Origin: Candidatus Woesearchaeota archaeon
GTDB taxonomy: Archaea > Nanobdellota > Nanobdellia > Woesearchaeales > GW2011-AR9
Length of the DNA stretch: 64,000 nt
NCBI GenBank assembly: GCA_016214025.1
Contig: JACRPH010000004.1
Span: forward strand, 17,370-81,369
Direction: 5' to 3'
In this document: positions 17,721-27,972 of the stretch, piece after piece
Layout: each line of letters starts with the position of its first letter
Numbering within the stretch: the stretch's first letter is position 1
The notes under the pieces: generated by a model
What the model saw: only the letters and a program-made list of their open reading frames with translations
What the model was told of the DNA's origin: nothing
Databases searched by the model: none
Made by a program: the position numbers and the translations under genes

Positions 17721-20276
17721 ATGGCAGATGAGGCTCAAGAAGCAAGAATTAATGTAAGCAATAATGCGGTAAATGGGGCTCAAAACTCCAACAGCACCAA
17801 AAGTGTCCTAGACATAGACAACGATATCCTCACTCCGGGAATGAAGCAGTATCAGGAAGTGAAAAAGCTCCATCCTGACTGCCTGGTCATGCTAAGGATG
17901 GGAGATTTCTATGAAATGTTCTATCAGGATGCCGTTACCGCGTCCAGAGAATTAGAAATAACTCTCACCTCCAGAGGAAAAGGAGACAAGCGTGCGCCGT
18001 TAGCCGGAATTCCTTATCATGCGTTAGAGCCATACCTAGCGCGATTAGTGAAGAAAGGGCACAAGATAGCTATAGTAGAGCAATTAGAAGATCCTAAACT
18101 TGCCAAAGGCTTGGTAAAAAGAGGATTAGTCCGCATAGTTACTCCGGGAACCATATTTGAATCATCTATGCTGAATGAAAAAGAGAATAATTATTTGATG
18201 GCGCTTACAGCTAGAGGAGAAGAGTTTGGGTTAGCTTTATGTGACGTTTCTACCGGAGAGTTTTCTACCATTACAGCAGAAAGCCTTAACCAACTGCATA
18301 ATATCATTATCCGTTTCAACCCCAGCGAATGCCTCATTCCCGAAAGCCTAAAAGTGAATCAGGAACTGATGGAAAGATTAAGGCATTATGATTGTTTAAT
18401 TAATTCATTGGGAGATTATTTCTTTTCCGTAGAAAAGTCCAGAGAATTGCTGCAGAAACATTTTAACTTATTAACGCTAGATGCATTTGGAATTGCAGAT
18501 AAGCCATTGAATGTTGCAGTTAGCGGAGCTTTACTGAAGTATTTGTTAGACACACAAAAAAACTCCTTAACCCATCTGAAAAAAGTATCTTTAGTTAATG
18601 TGCAGCAAAAGATGCAGTTAGATTCCAGCACTTTACGTAATTTAGAATTAACCCAGAATATTCGTGACGGAACCACCCGAGGAACGTTGCTTTCAGTATT
18701 AGACAAAACCGTAACTTCTTTAGGGGCAAGGCTGCTGCGGAAATGGCTCAAAGAACCGTTATTAAACATAGATGCCATAAACAAACGCTTAGATGCAGTA
18801 GAAGAATTTAATCGCCGGGTAATTCAGCGGGAAGAGATTATCTCTCTATTAGAATCAGTATATGATCTGGAACGCTTAATCAGCAAAGTTAATTATGGCA
18901 GCGCTAATGCCCGCGATTTACTCTCACTGAAAACTTCATTGCAGCAGCTGCCTCAGATTAAGCAGAAGCTGAGCGGATTTGAAAGCTATTTACTACTTGA
19001 AATAAACTTGATAGAAAACCTGCACGAACTAACCGCTTTGCTGGAATCCTCCATTCGGGAAGATGCTCCGGCTACAGTAAGGGAAGGAGGAATAATAAAA
19101 TCCCATTATAATTCTGAATTAGACCAATTACACGATTTGAAGCACAACAGCAAGAAATATCTGCAGGAGTTGGAGGAAAAAGAAAAACATAAGACCGGAA
19201 TACCGTTGCGATTGGGATACACTAAAGTGTTCGGGTATTTTATCGAAGTAACTCACAAAAATGTTCCGATGGTGTCCCCGGATTGGATCCGAAAACAGAC
19301 TACGGTTAATACTGAAAGGTATATTACTCCTGAACTGAAAGAAATCGAAGAGAAAATTCTAACTGCGGAAGAGAAGATTGTGGAGTTAGAGTACCGCCTG
19401 TTCCAAGAGCTGGCACAAAGAGTAGCGGAGAATACGGTTAAGATTCAGGATATTGCATCAAAGATGGCGGTGCTGGATGTATTGTGCTCTTTATCTCGGG
19501 TGGCGCTAGAGAATAATTATGTCAAGCCGGAGATAGTGGGACAGAAGGTTATCCAGATTAAAAACGGCCGGCATCCGGTAGTGGAAAAAATTGAATCAAG
19601 ATTTATTGCTAATGATGTGTTTACTTCGGAAGGAGAGATGCTCATAATTACCGGGCCCAACATGAGTGGAAAATCTACGACCATGCGCCAAGTAGCGCTT
19701 ATTGTATTAATGGCACAAGTCGGCTCATTTGTACCCGCAGAAAAAGCGGTTCTGGGAATAGTAGATAGAATATTTACCCGTGTAGGCGCTTATGATGATT
19801 TAAGTTCAGGACAGTCTACGTTTATGATAGAAATGACCGAAACCGCTAACATCCTGAATAATGCTACGGAAAACAGCTTGATAATTTTGGATGAGATTGG
19901 AAGGGGAACTTCTACCTTTGATGGGGTTTCTATCGCTTGGAGTGTAGCGGAGTATCTTATTAATCACACTAAAGCTAAAACTTTGTTCAGTACGCACTAT
20001 CATGTGTTGAATAAGCTGGCAGAGAAGTTTTCTCGGATTAAGAATTATAATATTGCGGTGCGCGAGAGTAAAGGAGAAGTTATTTTCCTGCATAAGTTAA
20101 TCGAGGGAGGAACGGATGAGAGTTACGGGATTCATGTAGCGAAGCTAGCCGGATTGCCGGAAGAAGTAGTGAAGAGAGCAGAAGAAATTCAGGGAATATT
20201 GCAGGCAGATGATGAGATGATGCGGAAGATAAAAGCGAAGAAATTAACTGAGCAGATGAGTCTGGAGAAGTTTTGA
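17721..20276 (+). CDS. mutS: DNA mismatch repair protein MutS (bacterial MutS1 type, domains I-V).
   Basis: N-terminal mismatch-binding region TPGMKQY..GDFYEMF. Walker A GPNMSGKSTTMRQ is present, with ST-F-E-TAN-LDEIGRGTST motifs. Length is 851 aa. Confidence 0.85.
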   Translation: MADEAQEARINVSNNAVNGAQNSNSTKSVLDIDNDILTPGMKQYQEVKKLHPDCLVMLRMGDFYEMFYQDAVTASRELEITLTSRGKGDKRAPLAGIPYHALEPYLARLVKKGHKIAIVEQLEDPKLAKGLVKRGLVRIVTPGTIFESSMLNEKENNYLMALTARGEEFGLALCDVSTGEFSTITAESLNQLHNIIIRFNPSECLIPESLKVNQELMERLRHYDCLINSLGDYFFSVEKSRELLQKHFNLLTLDAFGIADKPLNVAVSGALLKYLLDTQKNSLTHLKKVSLVNVQQKMQLDSSTLRNLELTQNIRDGTTRGTLLSVLDKTVTSLGARLLRKWLKEPLLNIDAINKRLDAVEEFNRRVIQREEIISLLESVYDLERLISKVNYGSANARDLLSLKTSLQQLPQIKQKLSGFESYLLLEINLIENLHELTALLESSIREDAPATVREGGIIKSHYNSELDQLHDLKHNSKKYLQELEEKEKHKTGIPLRLGYTKVFGYFIEVTHKNVPMVSPDWIRKQTTVNTERYITPELKEIEEKILTAEEKIVELEYRLFQELAQRVAENTVKIQDIASKMAVLDVLCSLSRVALENNYVKPEIVGQKVIQIKNGRHPVVEKIESRFIANDVFTSEGEMLIITGPNMSGKSTTMRQVALIVLMAQVGSFVPAEKAVLGIVDRIFTRVGAYDDLSSGQSTFMIEMTETANILNNATENSLIILDEIGRGTSTFDGVSIAWSVAEYLINHTKAKTLFSTHYHVLNKLAEKFSRIKNYNIAVRESKGEVIFLHKLIEGGTDESYGIHVAKLAGLPEEVVKRAEEIQGILQADDEMMRKIKAKKLTEQMSLEKF

Positions 20277-20286
20277 GAAGGCAATA

Positions 20287-20631
20287 TTATTGTAATCGGG
20301 GCATTCTTATTTCAGAAACACGCACAGAAATATCTACCCCGGCAGATTTAGCATAATTCTCAGCCTGGGTCAAGTAACGATTGGCTTCTTCTAGTTTACC
20401 ACCGCTTACTGCTTTCTCGGCTTCGGATAAGGTGAAATTTATGGCTAAAGTATAGTAAGTTAAGTTTATTCTCTCAATTCTGGGGGTAATGTCGAAATTT
20501 ATCTTTTTAGCATCTATAAGCGCATCATCAATGCAACATTTCATGTACGGCCAATTGCCTTTCTCGGCCGAAGTTTGTGCAAAGGTAAGACGTTCCTCTA
20601 TTTTCTTGGTGATGTCATCAGTTGTAGCCAT
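20287..20631 (-). CDS. Hypothetical protein.
   Basis: 114-aa ORF. Confidence 0.35.
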   Translation of the reverse strand: MATTDDITKKIEERLTFAQTSAEKGNWPYMKCCIDDALIDAKKINFDITPRIERINLTYYTLAINFTLSEAEKAVSGGKLEEANRYLTQAENYAKSAGVDISVRVSEIRMPRLQ

Positions 20632-20666
20632 ACTAATTTAGTTCTAAACTAACTCAATAATAAAGT

Positions 20667-21215
20667 TTACTGTTCTTCCGAAAACACTTCTGCCTGATAA
20701 GTGTAAATGGCAGCATCTTTCCAGGCGTCTGGGCCGAGGCCGGCTTTCCAGCTTAAATGCTGCAGAAATTCAAAGGGGTCTGGAATCTGCTCCCACACTT
20801 GAGGCAGGAAAGTAGCTTGATGCCCTTTCTTTTCCAGGATTACACCATCAATTTTGGGGCGGAGCTTCTGGATAGGCTCTTTTGGCTCTTTAAATTCGAG
20901 CTTTTGGGGTACGCTGAGGATGGATATTTCCAGTTCTATTTCTTTCAGCTCTTCTTTTCGCAGGGCAGGAAAGCGCGGGTCGTGGAAAGCGGCGTTTAAT
21001 GCGTTCTCCTTCACTCCCAAGTACAGCGATTTAACTGGTTGAATATAACCAATACAGCCTCTCAGTTCGCCATGTTTGTGCAAAGTTACAAATACACCAT
21101 GCTTTGCTTGGAATTCTTTTGGGATGAGATCTAATCCATAATTCTTGCCGGATAATTTTGCGGCGATAGTTTTACGGGCTAAGTCCAGCAGGATTTTGCG
21201 GTGGAGTTCGTTCAT
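20667..21215 (-). CDS. AMMECR1-domain protein.
   Basis: HGVFVTLHKHGELRGCIGYIQP is the LRGCIG motif of the AMMECR1 family. Confidence 0.7.
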   Translation of the reverse strand: MNELHRKILLDLARKTIAAKLSGKNYGLDLIPKEFQAKHGVFVTLHKHGELRGCIGYIQPVKSLYLGVKENALNAAFHDPRFPALRKEELKEIELEISILSVPQKLEFKEPKEPIQKLRPKIDGVILEKKGHQATFLPQVWEQIPDPFEFLQHLSWKAGLGPDAWKDAAIYTYQAEVFSEEQ

Positions 21216-21383
21216 TTAGAGGCAAATGTTATTGGGGGATTTAAGATTTTCGCAAGGAAATTGAGAAAACAGTGGCGGGAAAATGTATGTGGAGATTATC
21301 CTTCTTCAGCACCGCTGCTTCGTCTCTAGGACCTTTTACCCCCTCATCCCGGCCATCTAGCCGTGTTAGAAATAACATACCTT

Positions 21384-22313
21384 TTACCCCCTATATCCCC
21401 TTAAAAACCGCATTATCTTGTCGTAAAGCAATGGAGTATGTTTAAATATTTCCCGTTCTACCTCGTCCACGCTGCCAGTCTTACGAAGTAAAGCTTCCAG
21501 CCCTCTTTCTGCTGCAAATGTGCTGGTTAACCGTGCATCGCCTATCTTTATTAATTCTGTAGCTAATTTGGATTCTTCTTCTCCCAAAATAACGATTCCT
21601 TTCTGGTCAAAATAGCTTATAGTTGGAGTACCACCCACACCAGGATTAATCTCGCTGGCAGCGTTAGTGGCGCGAATAAGAGCTGCCATTCCCGGAACAA
21701 GCGAAATATTTTTCCGCCCCTCCCGGCTTTGATCTTTTACAAATGAACAAAGTACTTTATCAGATTCATCTGAACCAGAGCCAATGGCCCAGTAGGGCTG
21801 TGGAATCTTATTCGGAAGGTGTCCCATCCAAACCTGGTACAGGCTTACCCCCTCCGAATCTTTCCCGATAACGATGAATCCGTTATTAAATCGCTCGGCC
21901 ATGCTTTGGACACTGGCAGTAAGAGCTTCTTTTATTTCTGCGATAAGATGTGGACCAACTCCCTGTCCACTAATTGCAGTTGATGTATCTATCCCAAATT
22001 TGGACTTTAAACATAAATCGATCATATTTCTTTTCATTCCAGTCGCAATACCCGAAAGCGCTTCAGCAATATCACTTACGGTATAAGTTTTTCCTTCTGT
22101 AACTTCATTTGCGAAATGTTTAGCCAAAGCAGAAGTTGCTTCATAAAGTAAGTCCGCATGCCCCGAACCACCAGTTAGAGCGTACGTTCCATTGCTTTTG
22201 ATAGGAATTACTTTATCGGCAAAGTCATACTTCCTCATGGTGCTAGAACTCTGGGAGTCCGTAACCATTCCCCCTTCATTTTCATTAAATTTCATCGCAT
22301 TGATTGCAGTCAT
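21384..22313 (-). CDS. Hypothetical protein.
   Basis: 309-aa ORF with Gly-rich segments (TGGSGHADL, AIGSGSDES) but no confident family assignment. Confidence 0.4.
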   Translation of the reverse strand: MTAINAMKFNENEGGMVTDSQSSSTMRKYDFADKVIPIKSNGTYALTGGSGHADLLYEATSALAKHFANEVTEGKTYTVSDIAEALSGIATGMKRNMIDLCLKSKFGIDTSTAISGQGVGPHLIAEIKEALTASVQSMAERFNNGFIVIGKDSEGVSLYQVWMGHLPNKIPQPYWAIGSGSDESDKVLCSFVKDQSREGRKNISLVPGMAALIRATNAASEINPGVGGTPTISYFDQKGIVILGEEESKLATELIKIGDARLTSTFAAERGLEALLRKTGSVDEVEREIFKHTPLLYDKIMRFLRGYRG

Positions 22314-22427
22314 GTTTGTTCACCACCACAGCCATAATTACTGCTCTTTTTAAGCTTTTCTGTTTTTGCTTTCTGCAAGTAGTAACTGTTTCATAAGATT
22401 TAAAAACAAACCGCCCTTTGGAAGAAT

Positions 22428-23186
22428 ATGCATAGAAAAACCCCGCTTCTTACTCTTTCCTATCTCCTTGGAAGTTTTTTTCTAAACAGTGGCTCTGCTG
22501 CCCCGCCTAAACAAATAAACTTGGGGTTAGGAAGTGCCGTCACCCTCTCTGAGCTAATCGTTAATACCGGTGAGCAGCATTATTCTTTTAAAAGAAGCAG
22601 GAGAGATGGAGAGCAAGATTTGTATCGGAGATGCTTAGACAGCACTTTAGAGGAAGCATGGGTTTTTGTGAGATATTCGAATTATGGAGAATGGTGGCAC
22701 GAAGCGGGAGAAAATGAAAACGAAGCAGAGAAAACCGCTTCTTTAGGCCTGACCCAAAAACATTTAGCCCCTCCGGAAACGATAGAAGAAATATCTCTTT
22801 ACCATTTCCACTCGGATAAAATCACCGGTAAAGGCTTCGCTTCGGAGACCCCTTCTTTGAAAGATATAACTGATGGCGCCATAAAAGCAGCTGATTTTGT
22901 GAAGTCTGTCTCTCCGGAATTGCTGGGGAAGTTAGAGTTTAAGATAGTAGTTTCTTCGGGAATTTATACTATGAGGGTAGATGTTAAAGCTCTGGAAGAC
23001 CAAGCGGTCCTAAAAGAAACCCTGGATACGGCTCGTTCTATGGAAGATGAGCGGTGGAAAGTCACTTTAGGAACTTCAGAATTTGATTATTCTCCCGGCA
23101 ATAGGGTTAATTTCCCTCGATTGAACCAGGAATTTGCCCGGAGATATAGCAGCGGGGGAGTAAAGCTCGAATTTGTGCCGAAGTGA
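22428..23186 (+). CDS. Secreted hypothetical protein.
   Basis: N-terminal signal-peptide-like segment LLTLSYLLGSFFLNSGSAA. Confidence 0.4.
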   Translation: MHRKTPLLTLSYLLGSFFLNSGSAAPPKQINLGLGSAVTLSELIVNTGEQHYSFKRSRRDGEQDLYRRCLDSTLEEAWVFVRYSNYGEWWHEAGENENEAEKTASLGLTQKHLAPPETIEEISLYHFHSDKITGKGFASETPSLKDITDGAIKAADFVKSVSPELLGKLEFKIVVSSGIYTMRVDVKALEDQAVLKETLDTARSMEDERWKVTLGTSEFDYSPGNRVNFPRLNQEFARRYSSGGVKLEFVPK

Positions 23187-23213
23187 TTAAGCGTATATCT
23201 TCATTCAATCAAT

Positions 23214-23597
23214 TCATTCTTTAGCCCAACCCCACATCACTTCAAAATATTTCTTAAAAGAATCAGCCACTTTTTTGTCTTTTACTCTAAATGCTACCGG
23301 ATTTTTAATCCACAACGCAATAAAAACCACGTCTTTGTAAATGTTTATCGTAGCCGGAGTTTCCTGGTTCAAAAATCGGTTTTCGGTAATGAATGAAGCT
23401 TGTTCATATTTGAACGTATCTCGGGCGCTTTCGTTGTAGATGACTTTCCATTTCATCTTTTTCTGCTCGCATTTCTTAATAATCTTGGTGATTAATTGAT
23501 CAGTTCTTTCTTTATCTTCTCCAGGATATGCTCCTAAGATATACCAAGTATCATTTTTGCCCATCACCCGAATGCCTTCATTGAAAACAGTTTCCAT
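23214..23597 (-). CDS. TrmB C-terminal-domain-only protein.
   Basis: ...VADSFKKYFEVMWGWAKE is the TrmB_C signature. There is no HTH. Confidence 0.5.
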   Translation of the reverse strand: METVFNEGIRVMGKNDTWYILGAYPGEDKERTDQLITKIIKKCEQKKMKWKVIYNESARDTFKYEQASFITENRFLNQETPATINIYKDVVFIALWIKNPVAFRVKDKKVADSFKKYFEVMWGWAKE

Positions 23598-23807
23598 CCC
23601 TTTCCCTCGGGCAGCTAGGAGATTTTCCTAAGCCAGATTGCTCTTTAGATAAATCCTACTGCACTCTTGATGCGCTGGAGTTGCTCGTAACCAAAATTAT
23701 GGGAACCCCTCATTGAAGTTGGTGAAAACTAAAGCACTAGCCAAACTCTGCATTCAAAATTTCCACCCGAAAAGCTTATATACTATAGCCATTATAGCAG
23801 CTATAGA

Positions 23808-24011
23808 ATGAACTCTACTATCCAGCTCAGTGTGGAAACGAAACAGCTGATTAGTACTTTTGGCAGTAAAGAAGATACTTACGAAGACATCATCAAAAGG
23901 ATGTACGATCTGGCAACGAAAGAGCAATTACGGCAATTCCTGCTTTCTTCAGAAGACACCATATCAATAGATGAAGCCATCCGGAGAACTAAGAAGAAAT
24001 GGCGAAGGTAG
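23808..24011 (+). CDS. Small antitoxin-like protein, upstream member of an overlapping gene pair.
   Basis: 67 aa. Overlaps the downstream gene by 13 nt. A palindrome TATAGC...GCTATAG lies immediately upstream. Confidence 0.35.
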   Translation: MNSTIQLSVETKQLISTFGSKEDTYEDIIKRMYDLATKEQLRQFLLSSEDTISIDEAIRRTKKKWRR

Positions 24012-24340
24012 AGATTACTGAATCACTTCTGGCACAAATAAACAAGAAATTTAAGCAGGAAAGCATTGAAGTCTTACAACATTTAAAGAGCCTCGAATCT
24101 TCTCCTCATAAAGGAAAAATTCTGGGAACGGTAGGCGCTTTAGTGATAAAAGAGCTGAAGTATTCGGGGTTTAGATTTTATTTTATTACGGATGGGTTTA
24201 AAATTAAGTGCCTAGAAGAGGAGAAGCTGGTTGATTTGCTGTTGCGGTTCGTAAGAATGTCTGATAAAAATCACCAACAGGAGACAATAAATGAGATAAG
24301 GCATATACTCATAACTATTGGAGTGAGTGGGTTTAAGTGA
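23999..24340 (+). CDS. RelE/ParE-like toxin candidate.
   Basis: SPHKGKILGTVGALVIKELKYSGFRFYFITDGFKIKCL...LVDLLLRFVRMSDKNHQQ resembles the RelE-fold pattern. The gene overlaps the upstream small ORF. Confidence 0.4.
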   Translation: MAKVEITESLLAQINKKFKQESIEVLQHLKSLESSPHKGKILGTVGALVIKELKYSGFRFYFITDGFKIKCLEEEKLVDLLLRFVRMSDKNHQQETINEIRHILITIGVSGFK

Positions 24341-24345
24341 AACTC

Positions 24346-25002
24346 TCACACCCACTTCACTGCCACCGTCCCCGGTCCTCTTCTGCCTAAAATGGGGCCG
24401 TCGTCATACAACAATCCTGCCGCAGCCATATTATCACGAGCCATGCGCGCACAAGAAAACGTAGCCAATATCGCTGAATTCTTCATCACTCTCCACATCT
24501 CTTTAAAGAAATCCACCCCCCACATCTCCGGAGAAGATTGAGGAGAAAATGGGTCAAAGAAAACTGCATCAAAGTAATTGTCCGGCAATTTCTTGCTGGT
24601 TTCCCGGGCATCGCCTAGGATGTACTTTACGGATACTTTTCCTTCCGTGAAAGCTAGATTCTGCGGAGTAATTTTCTGGTAATGCTGGAAGAACTTTATG
24701 GGCGGAGCTACTTCCTGAATCTTCTGGATGATTTCAGAGTCATATTCCAATCCGATAATCTCAATCTCGCAATCAGGATTTTCCTCCAGAGCCACATCAA
24801 TGGCCATAGCTGAATTATACCCTATTCCAGCACAAACATCTAAAATTGTTACTTTTCCGGTTTTAGCTAGTTCTTTTATCTTGCACGGAATCGCATACTT
24901 CTTCAGTGCTTCTTCTACTGCTCCGGTCTGCGAGTGATACGTTTCTTTGACTTGCTCATTAAGGAAAGTTTCCGAGCCGTCTCTGGTGATGACTTTTTGC
25001 AT
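24346..25002 (-). CDS. SAM-dependent methyltransferase, MnmC-like (DUF752).
   Basis: ILDVCAGIGYNS is SAM motif I. FFDPFSPQSSPEMW matches the D.FSP..NPE.W motif of MnmC-type methyltransferases. Confidence 0.55.
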   Translation of the reverse strand: MQKVITRDGSETFLNEQVKETYHSQTGAVEEALKKYAIPCKIKELAKTGKVTILDVCAGIGYNSAMAIDVALEENPDCEIEIIGLEYDSEIIQKIQEVAPPIKFFQHYQKITPQNLAFTEGKVSVKYILGDARETSKKLPDNYFDAVFFDPFSPQSSPEMWGVDFFKEMWRVMKNSAILATFSCARMARDNMAAAGLLYDDGPILGRRGPGTVAVKWV

Positions 25003-25024
25003 GAATTGTTGAAAGTGGGAGTGA

Positions 25025-25678
25025 TTAATTAAGGTTGTGTTTGGTACTTTTCTCAATCTCTCTCCCCCACCTTTCATCTTCAATCCCTGCCATAAAATCT
25101 TGGGGCTTTTCTGGCCATTTTTCTTTGACTAGTTTCCAGATGTAGTTCAACATTCTCCGAGGAATTATCTCACCGTATTTATTTCTGATTCGGCACAATT
25201 GCTCGTAGACCCAAAAGCGCCATAAAGCCTTGCCTTCTTGCCGATGCAACTCTTGTTTGATTACTTTCCAGTCTAGACCTTCTCCAATCAAAACGCGGCA
25301 GTCATCCACATCTTTCTCCCGATCGGTAATGGATTTAAACAGGAAAATATCTTCACTGGAAACCAAACGAACCTCTAAATTGCTCCAAGCCGCATATCTC
25401 TCGCTTCTGTTCTGTATCTCTTTAGTTAGTTCCAGCTGGCTGCAGACGGTTTTGATAAAAACATCAATTCTCCGGTCGTCTTTCATGAAAACGATGATTG
25501 ATGTTTTGTAAAAATTGGGAGAAAAAGTTTCTTCATGGCAGCTGTATCCCAAATTAACCAGAGCCGATTTTAGGCGGTCGTATTCTTTTTTAGTCAGCAC
25601 TACTAAATCAATGTCTTTAGTCACCGCTTTTATCTCAAATGTTGGGTCTAATACCCCGTAGCTTGCTACGATTTGCAA
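25025..25678 (-). CDS. Nucleotidyltransferase-fold protein, a possible abortive-infection or TA component.
   Basis: DIDLVVLTKKEYDRLKSALVNLGY is an NTase-like beta-strand/Asp pattern. It lies downstream of a wHTH gene on the same strand. Confidence 0.4.
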   Translation of the reverse strand: MQIVASYGVLDPTFEIKAVTKDIDLVVLTKKEYDRLKSALVNLGYSCHEETFSPNFYKTSIIVFMKDDRRIDVFIKTVCSQLELTKEIQNRSERYAAWSNLEVRLVSSEDIFLFKSITDREKDVDDCRVLIGEGLDWKVIKQELHRQEGKALWRFWVYEQLCRIRNKYGEIIPRRMLNYIWKLVKEKWPEKPQDFMAGIEDERWGREIEKSTKHNLN

Positions 25679-25830
25679 TACTCAACATTTGAGATTAGGA
25701 GACCCGCAGGTCGAGTTTATTTCTTTCAAAGACATATTACAGCCGCCAATTAGAAAAATAGTGGTCTCATCTTTCAGCCTTTTTCCCACTTGTTTTAGCA
25801 ATTCAACGATGTCTTCCTTACTGAACTCTT

Positions 25831-26742
25831 TTAGCATCTTTTCCATTGTATCCCATAAACCTCAAAAAATTCTTTAAGCTCACTTTCTTTAATGAAAGGC
25901 AATATTCTGGTTTTTTCCTGCTTTAATATTCTTTCTAAATCTTCTAGCTGTTCCAAACAGTCATATTCCCTTGCCAGCTCTTCTAGTTTTTTCCGGTTTA
26001 GTTTATGTTTTAAATAGAAAGTTAAACCTAACAAGACCAGTCTGGCATGATCCATCTCCAGGATGCTGTGAATAAAAATCTCCTCTTTACTTAATTTATG
26101 AAGAGGCAGGTAGCAGCAGAATGTATTTAGATAGATCGGAATCCCAAATTCTGGATAACGGCTAAATCCAGTCAACGTTCCTTCTACCTCTTCTTTTCTT
26201 CTGGTTTCAAACAAGACCCTTTTTTCAAACTTCCATAAGATATTGGCTTTTTTACCAGAAAAAAATCTCAATTCCTTCAGAAATTCTTCCAGATTAGGGT
26301 ACATCTTGGGATTAAAAGAGATGATTTGATAGTTCTTTTCTCTCACTAAGAGCCCTCTTCTTTGCATTATTGCCACCCGGTTTTGAATTGCTTTGACTGA
26401 AGTTCCCACATTTTTAGCAATAATTTTAATGGTTTTAGGGGTTAGAACACAAAACATCAGAATTCTTAAATTTAAACCGGTTAAGAAAATTTCAAAGCCA
26501 AACTGTGGTTCTGTGTCCGCCAGCTTTATCAATTTCGATATCGGAGAAGCGCGGCTGGGAAAGTATCGGACTAAATTGCCTTTCCGTTCCTTTTCACAAA
26601 ATCCTAGTTTAGTTAACTTATTTAGTAAATTAGACACCCAAGAAACTGAAAATCCAGTTTGCTGGCTAATTGTCTTTAAACCATTGTTCCCTCTAATCAA
26701 ACTAATTAAAACCCTCATTAAAGGCTTGCTTAACATGTTCAA
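25831..26742 (-). CDS. wHTH regulator-like protein.
   Basis: N-terminal LISLIRGNNGLKTISQQTGFSVSWVSNLLNKLTKLGF is HTH-like. Confidence 0.4.
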   Translation of the reverse strand: MNMLSKPLMRVLISLIRGNNGLKTISQQTGFSVSWVSNLLNKLTKLGFCEKERKGNLVRYFPSRASPISKLIKLADTEPQFGFEIFLTGLNLRILMFCVLTPKTIKIIAKNVGTSVKAIQNRVAIMQRRGLLVREKNYQIISFNPKMYPNLEEFLKELRFFSGKKANILWKFEKRVLFETRRKEEVEGTLTGFSRYPEFGIPIYLNTFCCYLPLHKLSKEEIFIHSILEMDHARLVLLGLTFYLKHKLNRKKLEELAREYDCLEQLEDLERILKQEKTRILPFIKESELKEFFEVYGIQWKRC

Positions 26743-26945
26743 AGTCCATGTAATCCAAAATACTTTATAAACTTTTTGGTATTTTGTGGGGAAAAGTCAA
26801 AGTTTTAGAGTTTCAAGACTGCACCCCTAGTTGTTTCGTACGCTCAGTAATCCTAAAGCATATACCCCCTATATCCCAAATAGGAAAAGTATATATACTA
26901 ATGTAAATCTTTCCAAGCATTATACAAATAATGGGGGTGGGCGGC

Positions 26946-27263
26946 ATGAAAATAGTTATTTCTCCAGAAAACAGCTGCGTAGGCTGTAACCAAGCTATTA
27001 CTAATCCCATCTGTCCGAACTGCCTGGCCAAGCAGATGCGGGTAATGGTCTCCGAACATGATCCGGAATTAGCCAAGCATATTGCCGGAACCTTTGTAGA
27101 AGGAGAAACACATTGCATCCAATGCGGCAGGAGTATGGGCCTATGCGCACATTGCTTCAGCCGGGAAATTTATGAGCTTATCGCAGAGAAAGGGCCGGAG
27201 ATAGCTTCAGAATTCATCCAGAGATTTGATTTTGAATTGAGAAAGCCGGTAGCTATGTTTTAA
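26946..27263 (+). CDS. Small 8-Cys zinc-finger-like protein, paralog A.
   Basis: CVGCN...CPNCLAKQMR...CIQCGRSMGLCAHCFSREIYELIAEKGPEIASEFIQRFDFELR. It is about 50% identical to the ORF at 48825..49136. Confidence 0.55.
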   Translation: MKIVISPENSCVGCNQAITNPICPNCLAKQMRVMVSEHDPELAKHIAGTFVEGETHCIQCGRSMGLCAHCFSREIYELIAEKGPEIASEFIQRFDFELRKPVAMF

Positions 27264-27874
27264 CAGGGAAGGTTGGTTTTACCTAGTTCTTCTGGACTTA
27301 GACAGGTCTGCAAGATTGGACAGTACTTCTCTATATCCAGCTCTGGATTAAGTACAAATCCCGACAGAATATATTTAGAAGGGAGTATCACTACTTTCTT
27401 GCTTAACAGATTAATTTGAGCAATTTTATCACAGGCTAAGTCATTAGCTAACACCTCAAAACTGTTCTTATCCGCAAACTTTACTGCGAAATCATAGCTT
27501 AACGAACCTTGATCGCAGGGAAGCACAGCTTTTCTGACGGCATGAGTTTTAGTGGTTTTTACCACGCGAAACGAAGCGCTGGCATCTCTTTCATTTACCT
27601 GAACACAAAGATTAGCCGAGCTCACTAACGGATAAAATTGATTAGTGGCGATATTCTTCTCTAAAGTTGATTTTACTTCCAGTTCCAATTGCTCATTGGA
27701 TTGAAAATGGATGGCTTTTCCGGTAGTTATCCCGCGCAATAGAGGTAAGATTAGCAATAGTATTCCTCCCACGACCAGAAAAGTAATGATTAATTGGGTT
27801 AGCTTCTTGATCCGAGCAGGAGTTAGTGCTCGGTGCAGCCATGAAGAGATGGAAGATGGGGTTGGTTTGGACAT
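27260..27874 (-). CDS. Membrane-anchored hypothetical protein.
   Basis: N-terminal TM segment LIITFLVVGGILLLILPLL. Confidence 0.4.
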   Translation of the reverse strand: MSKPTPSSISSWLHRALTPARIKKLTQLIITFLVVGGILLLILPLLRGITTGKAIHFQSNEQLELEVKSTLEKNIATNQFYPLVSSANLCVQVNERDASASFRVVKTTKTHAVRKAVLPCDQGSLSYDFAVKFADKNSFEVLANDLACDKIAQINLLSKKVVILPSKYILSGFVLNPELDIEKYCPILQTCLSPEELGKTNLPC

Positions 27875-27972
27875 TGTTTTCCTCTTTTAACATAAGAATA
27901 GGGGATTACATTTATATACTTTATTCTTTCACCAACTTTAAAAGAGAACTATATCGACCCGAGGTGTTTAAA

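Noticed and set aside
21216-21383. Repeated CTTTTACCCCCT(C/A)T motif downstream of the AMMECR1 gene, also found upstream of the 8-Cys paralog A at ~26862
   Set aside because: Only two or three short copies. Could be a promoter-like element or chance. Not enough to call a feature.
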